The translations under genes were made by a program, and so were the position numbers. A model generated the notes under the pieces. It did not search any database. It was not told where the DNA came from and saw only the letters and a list, made by a program, of their open reading frames with translations. Of a DNA stretch of 64,000 nucleotides, positions 63,352-64,000 are shown piece by piece. Source of the DNA: Paraphysomonas bandaiensis. Its lineage: Eukaryota > Protista > Chrysophyceae. How positions within the stretch are numbered: the stretch's first letter is position 1; each line of letters opens with the position of its first letter. The stretch lies in the NCBI GenBank assembly GCA_965644295.1, contig CBFFRP010000247.1, positions 62,001 to 126,000 of the forward strand, written 5' to 3'.

Positions 63352-64000
63352 ATGGATCCTGCAGCATTAGACCTAGTGATTCAAGGACAAAAGGAGAGGA
63401 ATGTATTGGAAGAGTCCAAAAAAGGATATTTATCTAGAATGTCCACACTGACTCGAATACTAAACGACTCATATATACGACTGGACGCAATTGAAACAGA
63501 TGATGATGGTTTGGCACTAATGCATACAGGACAAGCACGCAAACTTTGTAAACTTAAATTACCTATAGCAGAACATACAGCAGAAGTTCTCTTTGCTGCA
63601 ATATCAGTCGATCCGACACTTCCCAGAAAGCGGAAAGTAAGAACAGAGATAGATGACTGTCAAGAAGTAGAAGAAGATCTGTTAAACCCAGGAAAAAACC
63701 TTGTGACAGTATCAGCCCAAACTTACCAGAATTACAAATCTGCATTGCGGTGGTGGCATGAGTATGACTGTCCGGCCATGGACAAAATTGGGCACCCTTG
63801 GCCACCGAAGGTTGACCTAGCATGCAAAACTGCTATTGCTGCATACAAACGTGATATAGGTGCCAAGAAGGAATTTGAATGAGGGAAGAGTGCTTTACTG
63901 GTTATGTAGCAATCACTCGATATGAGACCATGGCAAAGGATTGGAATGAGCTTGCAACTGCATTTGTACAACTAAAGCTGATCAAGCCGGTGAGAGCACG
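63352..64000 (+). mobile_element. Crypton-like tyrosine recombinase N-terminal region, disrupted and truncated by the window end
   Basis: YQNYKSALRWW...AYKRDIGAKK followed, after a stop, by GKS; resembles the core-binding region of Crypton recombinases. The catalytic R-H-R-Y region is not visible. Confidence 0.5.

Overview
Eukaryotic nuclear DNA, most likely from a flagellated stramenopile (ochrophyte/chrysophyte-like). This is inferred from the ~50-60 nt GT-AG introns, an outer-arm dynein LC4-like EF-hand gene, a Crypton-type element and large PKD/REJ-like receptors. Host genes: an EF-hand protein, a PHD-finger + AlkB-like 2OG-Fe(II) dioxygenase fusion, two very large paralogous REJ/EGF/multi-TM surface proteins, a GT-A glycosyltransferase-like gene, an IQ-motif gene, a FAM173-like methyltransferase, coatomer gamma, membrane orphans, a P-loop GTPase fused to a Mini-RNase III-like domain, and a ubiquitin-like (BAG6-like) gene. 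Mobile elements: an intact, very young Copia element with non-canonical LTR termini; a 3.5-kb IS630/Tc1 (DD34E) transposon with 198-bp perfect TIRs carrying a second, convergent, intron-containing orphan gene; a hAT MITE; a small TA-flanked MITE; Helitron-like 3' ends; a Copia relic; and the start of a Crypton-like element. (ATAC)n tracts sit at the 5' ends of most host genes. The strongest novelty candidates are the two-gene TIR transposon and the GTPase-RNase III fusion. All domain calls are motif recognition by eye; no searches were run.
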